Source: an uncultured Gammaproteobacteria bacterium
GTDB taxonomy: Bacteria > Patescibacteriota > Microgenomatia > UBA10105 > UBA927
Assembly (NCBI GenBank): GCA_964349125.1
Contig: CAYGFH010000001.1
Location: 772,801 to 836,800, forward strand
Reading direction: 5' to 3'
Length of the DNA: 64,000 nucleotides
The notes beneath the pieces were generated by a model, which worked only from the letters and a program-made list of their open reading frames with translations, ran no database searches and was not told the origin of the DNA. How positions within the stretch are numbered: position 1 is the first letter of the stretch; the number at the start of each line of letters is the position of its first letter. Below, one piece after another: positions 29,366 through 38,642 of this stretch. Both the position numbers and the translations under genes were made by a program.

Positions 29366-30397
29366 ATGAACACTATTTGGCTTGCGTTTTTAGCTGGATT
29401 GACAACCGGAGGTATTTCTTGCCTTGCTGTGCAAGGGGGGCTACTGACATCGTCATTGGCCGCTCAGGGTGAAGCATCTGCAGAAGTGTCAGCATCCACC
29501 CGTTTTTCCCGTTTTCAATTTGTTTCAATGTTTTTGCTCGCAAAGTTATTTGCCTACTCTGTGCTTGGGTTTGTGCTTGGATCTATCGGGTCAACCCTGA
29601 CATTATCGCCAAAATTGCTTGGCAGCGTGCAGATAGTTGTCGGCCTGTTTATGCTGGCAACTGCAGCGAGACTGCTCGATATTCATCCAATTTTCCGGTA
29701 TGCCGTTATCCAACCGCCTAAATGGGTGTATCGACTGCTCAAGCGTCAAAGCGTCAATGCGTCAGTGATTACGCCAGCTCTACTTGGGGTGTTAACCGTA
29801 TTAATGCCCTGTGGCGTTACTCAGGCGACCATGGCTGTGGCAGTGGCCAGTGGTGACGCGGTGTTGGGGGCTGCAATTATGGGTGCGTTTGTCCTGGGTA
29901 CCAGCCCTCTATTTTTCGCATTGGGTGCCTCTATTGTAGAGCTCTTACAGAGGCGCTCATTCGTATTTGTCGCCGCGAGTATCGTTGCACTATTTGGTGT
30001 CGTTTCAATAAATGGTGGATTAGGGCTTCGTGGTTCTATATTTACACTGCAGAATTTCTATAAAGCAGCAACCACAGATGTCAGCGTACGCTCAAACAGT
30101 GGAACAATGCCTGTTATGACCCCCGACGGATTTCAGGATGTAAAAATTACAGTCGCAGATTTCGGATACACTGCCTCGTCAAACACATTGAAGGTTGGTA
30201 TTCCTGTGCGGGTAACGCTTGCAACAAAAAGAACTCAAGGGTGTGCCAGGGCGTTTACAGTGCCGGACTATGGAATTTCCAGAATACTTCCTGAAACCGG
30301 GGAGGAAGTCGTTGAATTTACGCCTAAAAAAACGGGGAGACTCGCGTATAGCTGTAGTATGGGCATGTATACGGGGGAGTTTACGGTGATTAATTAG
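29366..30397 (+). CDS. DsbD_2/CcdA-like transmembrane domain fused to C-terminal cupredoxin-like domain
   Basis: AFLAGLTTGGISC and LMPCG TM cysteines. C-terminal Y.CSMGMY ligand-like pattern. Confidence 0.55.
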   Translation: MNTIWLAFLAGLTTGGISCLAVQGGLLTSSLAAQGEASAEVSASTRFSRFQFVSMFLLAKLFAYSVLGFVLGSIGSTLTLSPKLLGSVQIVVGLFMLATAARLLDIHPIFRYAVIQPPKWVYRLLKRQSVNASVITPALLGVLTVLMPCGVTQATMAVAVASGDAVLGAAIMGAFVLGTSPLFFALGASIVELLQRRSFVFVAASIVALFGVVSINGGLGLRGSIFTLQNFYKAATTDVSVRSNSGTMPVMTPDGFQDVKITVADFGYTASSNTLKVGIPVRVTLATKRTQGCARAFTVPDYGISRILPETGEEVVEFTPKKTGRLAYSCSMGMYTGEFTVIN

Positions 30398-30431
30398 GGA
30401 GTAAGATGTAGAAAGTAGGGGGTAGATCAAT

Positions 30432-30635
30432 ATGAAAAAGAAAACATACACGGTCGAAGGCATGCATTGCACGAGTTGTGCAATGGTAATTGAATCAGAT
30501 CTTGAAGATGGCGGTGTGAAGGCTGTGTGCAGCTACGCCAAACAGCGCTTAGATGTAGAGTATGATGAGCTTGCAGTGTCAGACGATCAGATTCGCGAGA
30601 TTGTAAAAAAAAGCGGCTATTCTCTCAGTGAATAG
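30432..30635 (+). CDS. copZ: copper chaperone CopZ (HMA domain)
   Basis: GMHCTSC motif. 67 aa. Confidence 0.8.
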   Translation: MKKKTYTVEGMHCTSCAMVIESDLEDGGVKAVCSYAKQRLDVEYDELAVSDDQIREIVKKSGYSLSE

Positions 30636-30718
30636 GGGATGAGCCTGAAAGAAATATTGCTTGTAATTCGTATAAACCAGTGCTACAGTAGAAAATCCTT
30701 GAAGGGGGAAATATACAT

Positions 30719-31042
30719 ATGACAGACATAAACATAACCGATGCAAATTTTGAGAGTGACGTGCTCAAATCCGATAAACCGGTATTAGTGGATTTTTGGG
30801 CAGTGTGGTGCGGACCGTGCCAGGTACAAGGCCCGATTGTTGATGAGATTGCAAAAGAGTTTGCAGGAAAAGCTGTTGTGGGGAAAATGAATGTGGATGA
30901 AAATCCATCTGTCCCACAACAATTTGGCATTATGAGTATTCCTACCCTTATGATTTTCAAAGGCGGAAAAGTGGCGAAGCAATTTGTCGGCGTGCAATCA
31001 AAGGCAACACTGGTCGCGGAGCTTACTAAACTGGTAAGTTAA
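30719..31042 (+). CDS. trxA: thioredoxin
   Basis: WCGPC active site. Confidence 0.9.
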   Translation: MTDINITDANFESDVLKSDKPVLVDFWAVWCGPCQVQGPIVDEIAKEFAGKAVVGKMNVDENPSVPQQFGIMSIPTLMIFKGGKVAKQFVGVQSKATLVAELTKLVS

Positions 31043-31127
31043 GGGATTGTTGTCATTGCGAGCGAAGCGTGGCAATCTATCCGAGATTGCTTCATCGAAG
31101 ACTTCTGGCAATGACATGGAGATATGT

Positions 31128-32048
31128 ATGAATGACGTAATAATCATAGGTTCAGGTCCGGCAGGCTATACAGCTGCGCTGTATACCTCTCGCGCGTTTC
31201 TAAAGACACTGATGCTGACCGGTGTGCAACAAGGCGGGCAGTTGACCACGACCACAGAAATAGAAAATTTCCCCGGCTTTCCCAAAGGCATACTCGGTCC
31301 ACAGCTCATGGTGGATATGAAGGCTCAGGTGGAGCGTTTTGGAACGGAAATTGAAACGGCTACGGTGACCGGTGTAGTCAAAGATGAAGCGCGAGGTGTT
31401 TTTATTGTCACTGCTGATGGAAAAACATACGATGGAAAAACCGTAATAGTCGCCACGGGTGCATCTGCTATGTACTTAGGTCTTCCTTCCGAGGAAAAGC
31501 TGAAAGGAAAAGGGGTTTCCGCCTGTGCTACGTGCGACGGATTTTTCTTCAGAGGAAAAGAAGTGGTCGTACTTGGAGGAGGAGATACCGCAATGGAGGA
31601 AGCCAATTTTCTGACCACATTTGCCACAAAAGTAACCCTTATTCACAGGCGTGATGAATTTCGCGCAAGTCCCATCATGGTTGATCGGGTAAAAAAGAAT
31701 CCAAAAATCTCACTACTTCTGAATAAAACAGTAGAAGAAATGGTAGGGGAACAGTCTGTCACCGGGATTCGACTGAAGGATGTGAAAACCGGAGAATCCA
31801 TGGTGTATCCGACCCAGGGTATTTTTCTGGCTATTGGCCACAAACCAAGTACTGAATTTTTGAAAGGTGTTGTTGATCTCGATGAAAAAGGATACGTCAC
31901 CATCAAAAGCCATACGGAGACATCTATCCCAGGGATATTTGCAGCAGGGGACTGCGTGGATCACCGGTACCGCCAGGCAATTGTTGCAGCGGGTCAGGGT
32001 TGTATGGCCGCGCTAGATGCACAAAAATACTTGGAAGAGCTTACATAA
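31128..32048 (+). CDS. trxB: thioredoxin-disulfide reductase
   Basis: GSGPAGYTAA FAD-binding site. CATC redox-active site. Start moved to MNDVIIIGSG; the track ORF begins 27 codons earlier. Confidence 0.85.
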   Translation: MNDVIIIGSGPAGYTAALYTSRAFLKTLMLTGVQQGGQLTTTTEIENFPGFPKGILGPQLMVDMKAQVERFGTEIETATVTGVVKDEARGVFIVTADGKTYDGKTVIVATGASAMYLGLPSEEKLKGKGVSACATCDGFFFRGKEVVVLGGGDTAMEEANFLTTFATKVTLIHRRDEFRASPIMVDRVKKNPKISLLLNKTVEEMVGEQSVTGIRLKDVKTGESMVYPTQGIFLAIGHKPSTEFLKGVVDLDEKGYVTIKSHTETSIPGIFAAGDCVDHRYRQAIVAAGQGCMAALDAQKYLEELT

Positions 32049-32051
32049 TGT

Positions 32052-32762
32052 ATGGATAGGCCAAAACCGCAAAAATATCACGCTGTTATAGAGAAAAAAG
32101 AGCAACTGACGGAGTTTGTCTATCTTGTGACGTTCAAGCTCATATCTCCGACAGAGATTACGTTTCTCGCCGGACAAACATTTATGCTCAATGTTGCCCC
32201 GGGTATCAACAGAACAATGTCTATATCCTCGGCTCCTTCCGACAAACAAACCATTTTGATGTGTCATGATGTCTCTCCCGGCGGCCCCGGGAGCAAATGG
32301 ACACGTGCCCATGGCGTAGGGGACACCGCGACGTTTATGGCTCCTCTTGGGATGTTTATCTTGGATACGGAAAGTCATCGTAGAAAAGTACTTGTGGCTA
32401 CAGGTACTGGTATAGCGCCGTATCGGTCTATGCTATTGGATTATTTGTCTCATGACGGTACAGATGACATCACCTTGTATTGGGGAATGCGGCATGAAGA
32501 AGACTTGTATTGGATGAGTGAATTTCAGGAATTGTCGATCAAATACCCAAATTTTCGATTTGTCGTCTGCTTATCTCAGCCATCCTCGTCATGGCAGGGA
32601 GCAAAAGGGAGAGTGACAGAGCATGTGGTACAAGAGGAATTGAATATTGAGCGAAGTGATGTCTATCTCTGCGGAAATCAACATATGATTAAGGATATGG
32701 AGGGTCAGCTCAAAGAAAAGCAGGTTCCGATACATCAAATCTTCAGAGAGTTATACTTCTAG
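32052..32762 (+). CDS. ferredoxin-NADP reductase-like FAD/NAD(P)-binding oxidoreductase
   Basis: RxYS-like RTMSISS FAD motif. GTGIAP NAD(P)-binding motif. Confidence 0.7.
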   Translation: MDRPKPQKYHAVIEKKEQLTEFVYLVTFKLISPTEITFLAGQTFMLNVAPGINRTMSISSAPSDKQTILMCHDVSPGGPGSKWTRAHGVGDTATFMAPLGMFILDTESHRRKVLVATGTGIAPYRSMLLDYLSHDGTDDITLYWGMRHEEDLYWMSEFQELSIKYPNFRFVVCLSQPSSSWQGAKGRVTEHVVQEELNIERSDVYLCGNQHMIKDMEGQLKEKQVPIHQIFRELYF

Positions 32763-32878
32763 GCACATGGTTTTGGTTCACGCTTCCGACTACTACTATT
32801 GTCAACGCTTTGTCATGACAAGTATATGCAAAAGGCGTATGCTCTATATTTGTTAGCCGTATAAAGGAGAATCACACT

Positions 32879-34153
32879 ATGCAACACACCAACCCGTTTG
32901 AGAACGCAATCGCACAGCTCTCAAAAGCTGCAGCATTTTTAACTGACCCAAAAACAAAAGAAGTTGTTGAGACACTCAGAATTCCGCAGCGGATCCTCAA
33001 TGTATCAATTCCTGTGCGTATGGATGATGGAAGCCAGTGTCTATTTCAAGGGTATCGAGTACAGCATAACAATGCCCGGGGGCCGTACAAAGGCGGCATA
33101 CGCTTTCACCCCGATGTGAGTATGGATGAGGTAAAGGCATTGGCGCTCTGGATGGCTATGAAATGTGCGGTAGCTGATTTGCCGTTGGGTGGCGGGAAAG
33201 GTGGCGTGATTATTGACCCTAAAACACTCTCGGCAGGAGAGCTTGAGAGGTTAAGTCGTGGCTACTCGGCCGCAATTGCTGACTGTATAGGACCAGACAA
33301 AGATGTGCCAGCACCCGATGTGAATACCACGGGGCAAATCATGGGATGGATGGTGGATGAGTTTATTAATGCGTCAGAGCGTCAGGGCGTCATGGCCACA
33401 AATGAAGAAAAGATGAAACTACGTGGAACATTTACCGGAAAACGCATTGAAGATGGGGGAAGCGAAGGACGCGAAGAGGCTACAGGGTTAGGAGGGTTAT
33501 ACGTGTTGCAGGCGATATTGGAAGAAATGCGTCAGAGCGGCAAGGCGACTGAGCATCAAAAACTGACCGCAGCGGTGCAGGGGTTTGGAAATGTAGGCTA
33601 TAACGTGGCTAAATTCCTTGTCGAAGCAGGGATAACGGTGGTTGCCGTGTCTGACAGTAAGGGGGGAGTATATGTGGAAAGTGGCCTTGACCCTGTCAAA
33701 ACGCTTGAACAAAAGAAGCAAACAGGCACACTTGGTGGTGGAAAGACAATCTCGAATGCTGAGCTTTTGGAGCTTCCTGTTGATATCCTTGTCCCTTCGG
33801 CGCTGGAAAGCGTGATTACAAAAGAAAATGCATCCAATATCAAGGCGAAAGTAATTCTGGAAATGGCTAATGGGCCAACTACACCGGAAGCTGATGAAAT
33901 TCTCTATAAAAAAGGTGCTGTGGTCATTCCTGATATTTTGGCAAATTCGGGCGGTGTCACCGTTTCTTGCTTCGAATGGATGCAGAACCTGAAAAATGAG
34001 AAGTGGACGAAGGCGGATGTAAATGCAAAGCTCAAAACACAGATGGGCCTGTCAGCCAAAGACGTGTGGGATGCGGGAAAGAAATATTCCACCGACCTTC
34101 GCGTGGCTGCATTCATCGTCGCCCTTGAACGGATTGTGAAGGCAACGAAATAA
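32879..34153 (+). CDS. gdhA: Glu/Leu/Phe/Val dehydrogenase (glutamate dehydrogenase)
   Basis: Catalytic GGGKGG. Rossmann-fold GFGNVG. Confidence 0.9.
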   Translation: MQHTNPFENAIAQLSKAAAFLTDPKTKEVVETLRIPQRILNVSIPVRMDDGSQCLFQGYRVQHNNARGPYKGGIRFHPDVSMDEVKALALWMAMKCAVADLPLGGGKGGVIIDPKTLSAGELERLSRGYSAAIADCIGPDKDVPAPDVNTTGQIMGWMVDEFINASERQGVMATNEEKMKLRGTFTGKRIEDGGSEGREEATGLGGLYVLQAILEEMRQSGKATEHQKLTAAVQGFGNVGYNVAKFLVEAGITVVAVSDSKGGVYVESGLDPVKTLEQKKQTGTLGGGKTISNAELLELPVDILVPSALESVITKENASNIKAKVILEMANGPTTPEADEILYKKGAVVIPDILANSGGVTVSCFEWMQNLKNEKWTKADVNAKLKTQMGLSAKDVWDAGKKYSTDLRVAAFIVALERIVKATK

Positions 34154-34239
34154 GCAGTGCATGTGCATGTGAGTGTGTCACGCTATAGTAGCAGTTTAAC
34201 TGCAAGGCAGTGTTCCTATATTTTATAACCCATAGTTTA

Positions 34240-34268
34240 TTGACTCAATACTTCTTTTCACGTATAAT
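34240..34268 (+). promoter_or_regulatory. consensus promoter TTGACT-17-TATAAT followed by ~175-nt structured leader
   Basis: TTGACT at 34240-34245 and TATAAT at 34263-34268. Downstream hairpins GCAAAT-c-ATTTGC and GAGGGTAGC...GCTGCCCTC. Confidence 0.55.
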
Positions 34269-34443
34269 CTCGTAGCTTATTTACTTTGGAGCAAATCATT
34301 TGCGACTTGCTTTTGTACAAAGAAATTAGCAATCGCTCATTTACATCTTGCAGATACACTTATTTGAGGGTAGCAATATGCTCGCATTATGCGGACAGAT
34401 GGCTGCCCTCAAGACAGTCAAATAACCTCGATAGGAGTGAAGA

Positions 34444-35232
34444 ATGGAATATAGTTATCTTTTGCCCGTGCTAGGCTCAATCGGCTTGATTCTGCTTAGC
34501 CTCAGTTTGCACGGACCCGTGCAGACAGAATCGGAGGTCATTATGGATGAAGGCGGGACATCCGTAATGTACTACCTAGTTCAAACTACCAAGTATGCAA
34601 ACACGGCGGTCTCGTTTGTGTTGATGGCGCTGATGACGCTATTGGTAGTTGATGTATATGTTCCTGGCATGCGTGCAATGGCAGATGCTTTTATCGGTCC
34701 GTATATATGGTGGATGGTATGGATTCCGGCGTTTAACGTCGCATCATCCGTTATTGTATGGGCGATATTTTTCGGCTATAGCGTGCGTCGATTTGGAACT
34801 CTCCGCCCTAATTATGAACATTGGGATGAGTTTCAGGAGCGTTCCCGGAGGACTACCAACACGACCTGGATCAACATTAATGGTCAAAATTGGAATCCGT
34901 TCCAACGCACACAGAAAGCATCGCTTTCGACGCGAGCATCAACCCGCACTTCTTCCAAAGCTAAAGGGAGTTCAAGATCAAGCAGTACCTTGTTTGTTCC
35001 CATGGCGTTGCCAAGCTCGAGGAGCACGACCTCACTTAAGCGGAGCTCCCGTTCCAGCTCATCATCCGGTGATAGCGACTGGGTGAAAATTCTGGCACAG
35101 TTGGGAATTTTCCTTCTGGCGATTCTCGTATTCATTGCCTACGGATTCCTTGCGTGGAAATTCAACGATGGAATCATGGATTTCTGGGACGAAGTGTTCG
35201 TGGAGGATGAATTCGCCATCGCGTCAGAATAA
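34444..35232 (+). CDS. membrane protein with Ser/Arg-rich low-complexity loop
   Basis: About five TM helices. RSSRSSSS low-complexity stretch. Confidence 0.5.
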   Translation: MEYSYLLPVLGSIGLILLSLSLHGPVQTESEVIMDEGGTSVMYYLVQTTKYANTAVSFVLMALMTLLVVDVYVPGMRAMADAFIGPYIWWMVWIPAFNVASSVIVWAIFFGYSVRRFGTLRPNYEHWDEFQERSRRTTNTTWININGQNWNPFQRTQKASLSTRASTRTSSKAKGSSRSSSTLFVPMALPSSRSTTSLKRSSRSSSSSGDSDWVKILAQLGIFLLAILVFIAYGFLAWKFNDGIMDFWDEVFVEDEFAIASE

Positions 35233-35435
35233 TGTACGAAAAAACGGTATCTGCAAGTTTTCCGCCAAATCCAGATGGCGTAGTTGTTTACTCATCATAA
35301 ATCACTGCGCTATCTGGTCCGTTTTAATACCTCATAGTATTGACTATATACTTACTTATTTGATATACTCTTGCAGTTTCTCATTTTAGTAAAAAAAGGT
35401 TTTTTGCAACCTATAATTTTCTTTGATTGGAAACA

Positions 35436-35459
35436 ATGCACATTTACAGTACAAGAGTA
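35436..35459 (+). repeat. partial copy (3' 24 nt, 2 mismatches) of the 316-bp repeat, upstream of gene A
   Basis: ATGCACATTTACAGTACAAGAGTA versus the repeat end ATGCACATTAACAGTTCAAGAGTA. Confidence 0.6.
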
Positions 35460-35642
35460 GTTTAAGTATCCATATACGTGGGACGCACTAGAGGTAGGAG
35501 AGCTTTTTCTCTTACGTTTGTGCGTCTCAATAATTCCATCTTTTTTACACCAGGAGGTGAACCGTTCCAAAAAGTAAGTTTGTATGTAGTACGTTCGTAT
35601 GCACCAAAAATTGATTCAACTAATAGAAAAGGAAAAAATCGT

Positions 35643-36326
35643 ATGGATACCGTAATTGCAAAAACACGTTTGATCGGTTTGGGCGTCATCAATGATGCAT
35701 TTGACTGGGCGATTGACTCCATCTTTGATCTGACGGTGCTTCGTCAGAAGGGGCGTGACCTGGACAAGGTCATCAAGCGCGTCAATCTCATTCAGGACGG
35801 CGTGAACGCCCGCGTTAACGATCTGAATAAGTGGCTCAAGAGTGCCCGCAGGCACGCCAAAGAATTGGATCGCGATATTACCACCATCCTCAAAGACGGG
35901 GATGAATCAAATGATAGCGATGCCGTCCTCCTGCAGGCTGAACTGACGCCTCTTTTGGAGGAAATCGAAAAGCGCGATGGCAAACTCCAGGAAGCAATTA
36001 AGTCGCGAGACGAAAATCAGGAAATGCTCGACTTCCTGGCTCTGCGCCTCAAGCAAGTGACCGATAAGGTCCGCGAACTGACCGAGACCAAGCAAGAGAC
36101 CAAAACGCTCGAAGAAGCGGCAACTGCTGTCGAAAGCACTGAAGATGTTCTTAAGGAAACCGACGGCTTCCAGAATATCGGAGCCCGCATTCTAGAGAAG
36201 AACGGTCGCGCACGCCAGCGTTATGAACGGGTCACTGCCTCTGTCCAGGAATTGAGTGGCAAGGATTCCACACTGGCTGCCGCTCGCGCTAAGATCGCCG
36301 CTCGCAAGGAAGGTCTCACGAAATAG
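35643..36326 (+). CDS. coiled-coil protein, tentatively PspA/IM30-like
   Basis: Almost entirely helical heptad-like sequence. RBS AAAAGGAAAAAA upstream of the internal ATG at 35643. C-terminal block loosely PspA-like. Confidence 0.45.
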   Translation: MDTVIAKTRLIGLGVINDAFDWAIDSIFDLTVLRQKGRDLDKVIKRVNLIQDGVNARVNDLNKWLKSARRHAKELDRDITTILKDGDESNDSDAVLLQAELTPLLEEIEKRDGKLQEAIKSRDENQEMLDFLALRLKQVTDKVRELTETKQETKTLEEAATAVESTEDVLKETDGFQNIGARILEKNGRARQRYERVTASVQELSGKDSTLAAARAKIAARKEGLTK

Positions 36327-36343
36327 TTTTGCATTTCCATTGT

Positions 36344-36659
36344 TTGGAACTACTCTTGAACGAAATGGATAGTTCGAGGATGCAAGCAATGTCCTCCGGA
36401 GGACATTGACGTCGTGAGACAGTCAGTGTTGGTGCCATTAAGGTACCTTGGGATACAGATGATTTGTGATGTGTCGAATTTTATCGACGCCCCATAGACC
36501 ATCCGTATTCCACCCTCTGCAAACTACGGATGTGTATCCGTACTGATGAGTCCAAAAGGACGAATTTGCAGAAAGAAAAGAATCAAGAAATTATGACACC
36601 ACTCCATAGTCGGGGAGTGCGGTCGTAATCGACTGATGCACATTAACAGTTCAAGAGTA
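36344..36659 (+). repeat. 316-bp structured intergenic repeat, copy 1
   Basis: Identical to 38116-38431. 11-bp terminal inverted repeat TACTCTTGAAC/GTTCAAGAGTA. Internal hairpins include CAATGTCCTCC|GGAGGACATTG and competing ATCCGTA/TACGGAT/ATCCGTA. Confidence 0.9.
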
Positions 36660-36802
36660 GTAATAGTAAAACTGGATATGGGTCGATACAAGAATATACT
36701 TCAATGTATGTCTTTGTATCGTCCCATTTTCAGTTGAAGATACGGATGAATATTCGACTTGTTCGAAGCACCGCTGGAATTATCAAAAAAACTACCCAGG
36801 AG

Positions 36803-38104
36803 ATGACCCCCATGAAAGATATCCGTGCTCGATTGTTGACGCTTTTTTTGCTATGTATCTTAGCAGCGTCTGTCGTCCCCACGAATGCCCGCGCGCAATC
36901 CGCGTGTGATAATGGCATTATCGTGGATGAGACCAATTCCCTCAATGTGCAGAAAGTCTGCGAGGCAATGAAGTTGCTGGCACAGAGAGGCGTGGTAGTC
37001 GGTCTGTTTATATCGGATGAACGGTTCGGTTCGGATGATGAGTGGTATGTGCGCGTTGATGATGTGCAGGTAGAGACTCAGGCACGGTTTCCCCAAGTCA
37101 TTGATAGTGTTGAGCGAATCGAACTGCATCAAAGCGGCTACTTTCTCTCAATAGGAGTTGTTGAGGGAGAAATGACTGCAACGCTTGACATCGGTGGAAC
37201 CTTCGGTTCAGATACACCGATTCATACCGCTGATAAGAACGTAAAACAACAGGTGCTTACGGCAATGACAAGTAATGATCCAACGGAAGGTATTGTTGGA
37301 GCGTTCACCGAGGCATACAACGTCGCATATCCTCCCGATCAACCGTTCTCCATGCCGACGTCACAGCCTACTGCAACGCCCCGTCCTCCCGTGGACATGA
37401 AACCCGTTCGAAACTTTTTTGCCGGGTTTGCGGTGTTGGTGATTTTTGCGGTCGCAGGTTGGCTGTTTATCCGCTTTGGCGTTCCTGTGCTTTCGGAACT
37501 CAACTACCTCAAGGTGCTCATAGACCGTACCGGTGAAATCGTTCGTCAGGCAAATCTAGTGCTCGCGGGCGACGAACCTGAAGGAACCCTCCTTTATAGC
37601 CGCATGGAGGCTAACGGTCTTCATGAATATGCAGATATCGAAACGGCGGCTGTCGAGGCAATCCGCAGGACAATGCGCAAAATCGAGCTTGTCATGAGCA
37701 ATCGCAAGATGCTTTTGGACAACGATAAAGAAGGTGTTCGCACTTTATCCTATCGGGAACGTGTTGAGCAGTTGGAGCTTATCTATCTTAAGCTCATAGG
37801 CACGAGCAATACCGTGCTTGAGATGACGGAGGCAGAAATCGCTGAGCTCCTCCACCCCATGATGGGATTCACTCAGGCGGAAGCTGAGACAGATCCGGAC
37901 GTCCGTGCACTCCAATCTCAATCTCGCTTGCTCGAAGGAAAACCCCTGACAGTGAAAATGCGATACACGGAAATTCGTAATGTCACTGAGGCAGGAATCC
38001 TCATCGATATTAAAAACCTGAAGGCACAGCTTGCTGAATTGCGCGACGCGAAAATAGAAGATCGTCCAGCGGTGAACGTCTTTACAAAACGCACGCGTAA
38101 ATAA
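36803..38104 (+). CDS. TPM-domain membrane protein (YgcG-like)
   Basis: Signal peptide, TPM-like block (IVDETNSL...VVVGLFISDE...RIELHQSGYFLSIGVVEG), one TM, then a cytoplasmic helical domain. Start moved to ATG 36803 after RBS CCAGGAG. Confidence 0.55.
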   Translation: MTPMKDIRARLLTLFLLCILAASVVPTNARAQSACDNGIIVDETNSLNVQKVCEAMKLLAQRGVVVGLFISDERFGSDDEWYVRVDDVQVETQARFPQVIDSVERIELHQSGYFLSIGVVEGEMTATLDIGGTFGSDTPIHTADKNVKQQVLTAMTSNDPTEGIVGAFTEAYNVAYPPDQPFSMPTSQPTATPRPPVDMKPVRNFFAGFAVLVIFAVAGWLFIRFGVPVLSELNYLKVLIDRTGEIVRQANLVLAGDEPEGTLLYSRMEANGLHEYADIETAAVEAIRRTMRKIELVMSNRKMLLDNDKEGVRTLSYRERVEQLELIYLKLIGTSNTVLEMTEAEIAELLHPMMGFTQAEAETDPDVRALQSQSRLLEGKPLTVKMRYTEIRNVTEAGILIDIKNLKAQLAELRDAKIEDRPAVNVFTKRTRK

Positions 38105-38115
38105 CAGCACTGCGC

Positions 38116-38431
38116 TTGGAACTACTCTTGAACGAAATGGATAGTTCGAGGATGCAAGCAATGTCCTCCGGAGGACATTGACGTCGTGAGACAGTCAGTG
38201 TTGGTGCCATTAAGGTACCTTGGGATACAGATGATTTGTGATGTGTCGAATTTTATCGACGCCCCATAGACCATCCGTATTCCACCCTCTGCAAACTACG
38301 GATGTGTATCCGTACTGATGAGTCCAAAAGGACGAATTTGCAGAAAGAAAAGAATCAAGAAATTATGACACCACTCCATAGTCGGGGAGTGCGGTCGTAA
38401 TCGACTGATGCACATTAACAGTTCAAGAGTA
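38116..38431 (+). repeat. 316-bp structured intergenic repeat, copy 2
   Basis: Identical to copy 1 as read by eye. Confidence 0.9.
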
Positions 38432-38642
38432 TACATGTTGGTGATTGGACTACAAAATAGGAACAGAAAGTTTCATTTTTTTCTGGGCCTGTTAGTAGTC
38501 CAATATCAAATCCATTCTATTTCCAAGACAAGGAGCATGATCACGACCAATAATCAAAGGGGCGGTTCGCACTTAATTAAGTAAGCCTGGTCAGCTGAAC
38601 AATGGTGATATTTGAAACAAAAAAATCAATGTGGAGCAGAAA

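Noticed and set aside
31043-31127. Shared motif GTTGTCATT..GCGA.G.GAG.. just after the stop codons of trxA (31043) and ORF 48838-49110 (49111)
   Set aside because: The similarity is short and the hairpins differ (ATTGC/GCAAT versus ATTCT/AGAAT). It may be a weak common terminator-like motif, but it is too thin to call.
34649-35135. Overlapping ORFs 34649-35086+ and 34884-35135- inside the 34444-35232 gene
   Set aside because: They are alternative frames of the RS-rich low-complexity region, inside a longer ORF with an upstream consensus promoter.
36344-38431. Interpretation of the 316-bp repeats as integron attC sites or as IS terminal repeats
   Set aside because: They are far longer than attC sites and lack core GTTRRRY/RYYYAAC sites. 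No transposase or integrase is nearby and no target-site duplications flank either copy.
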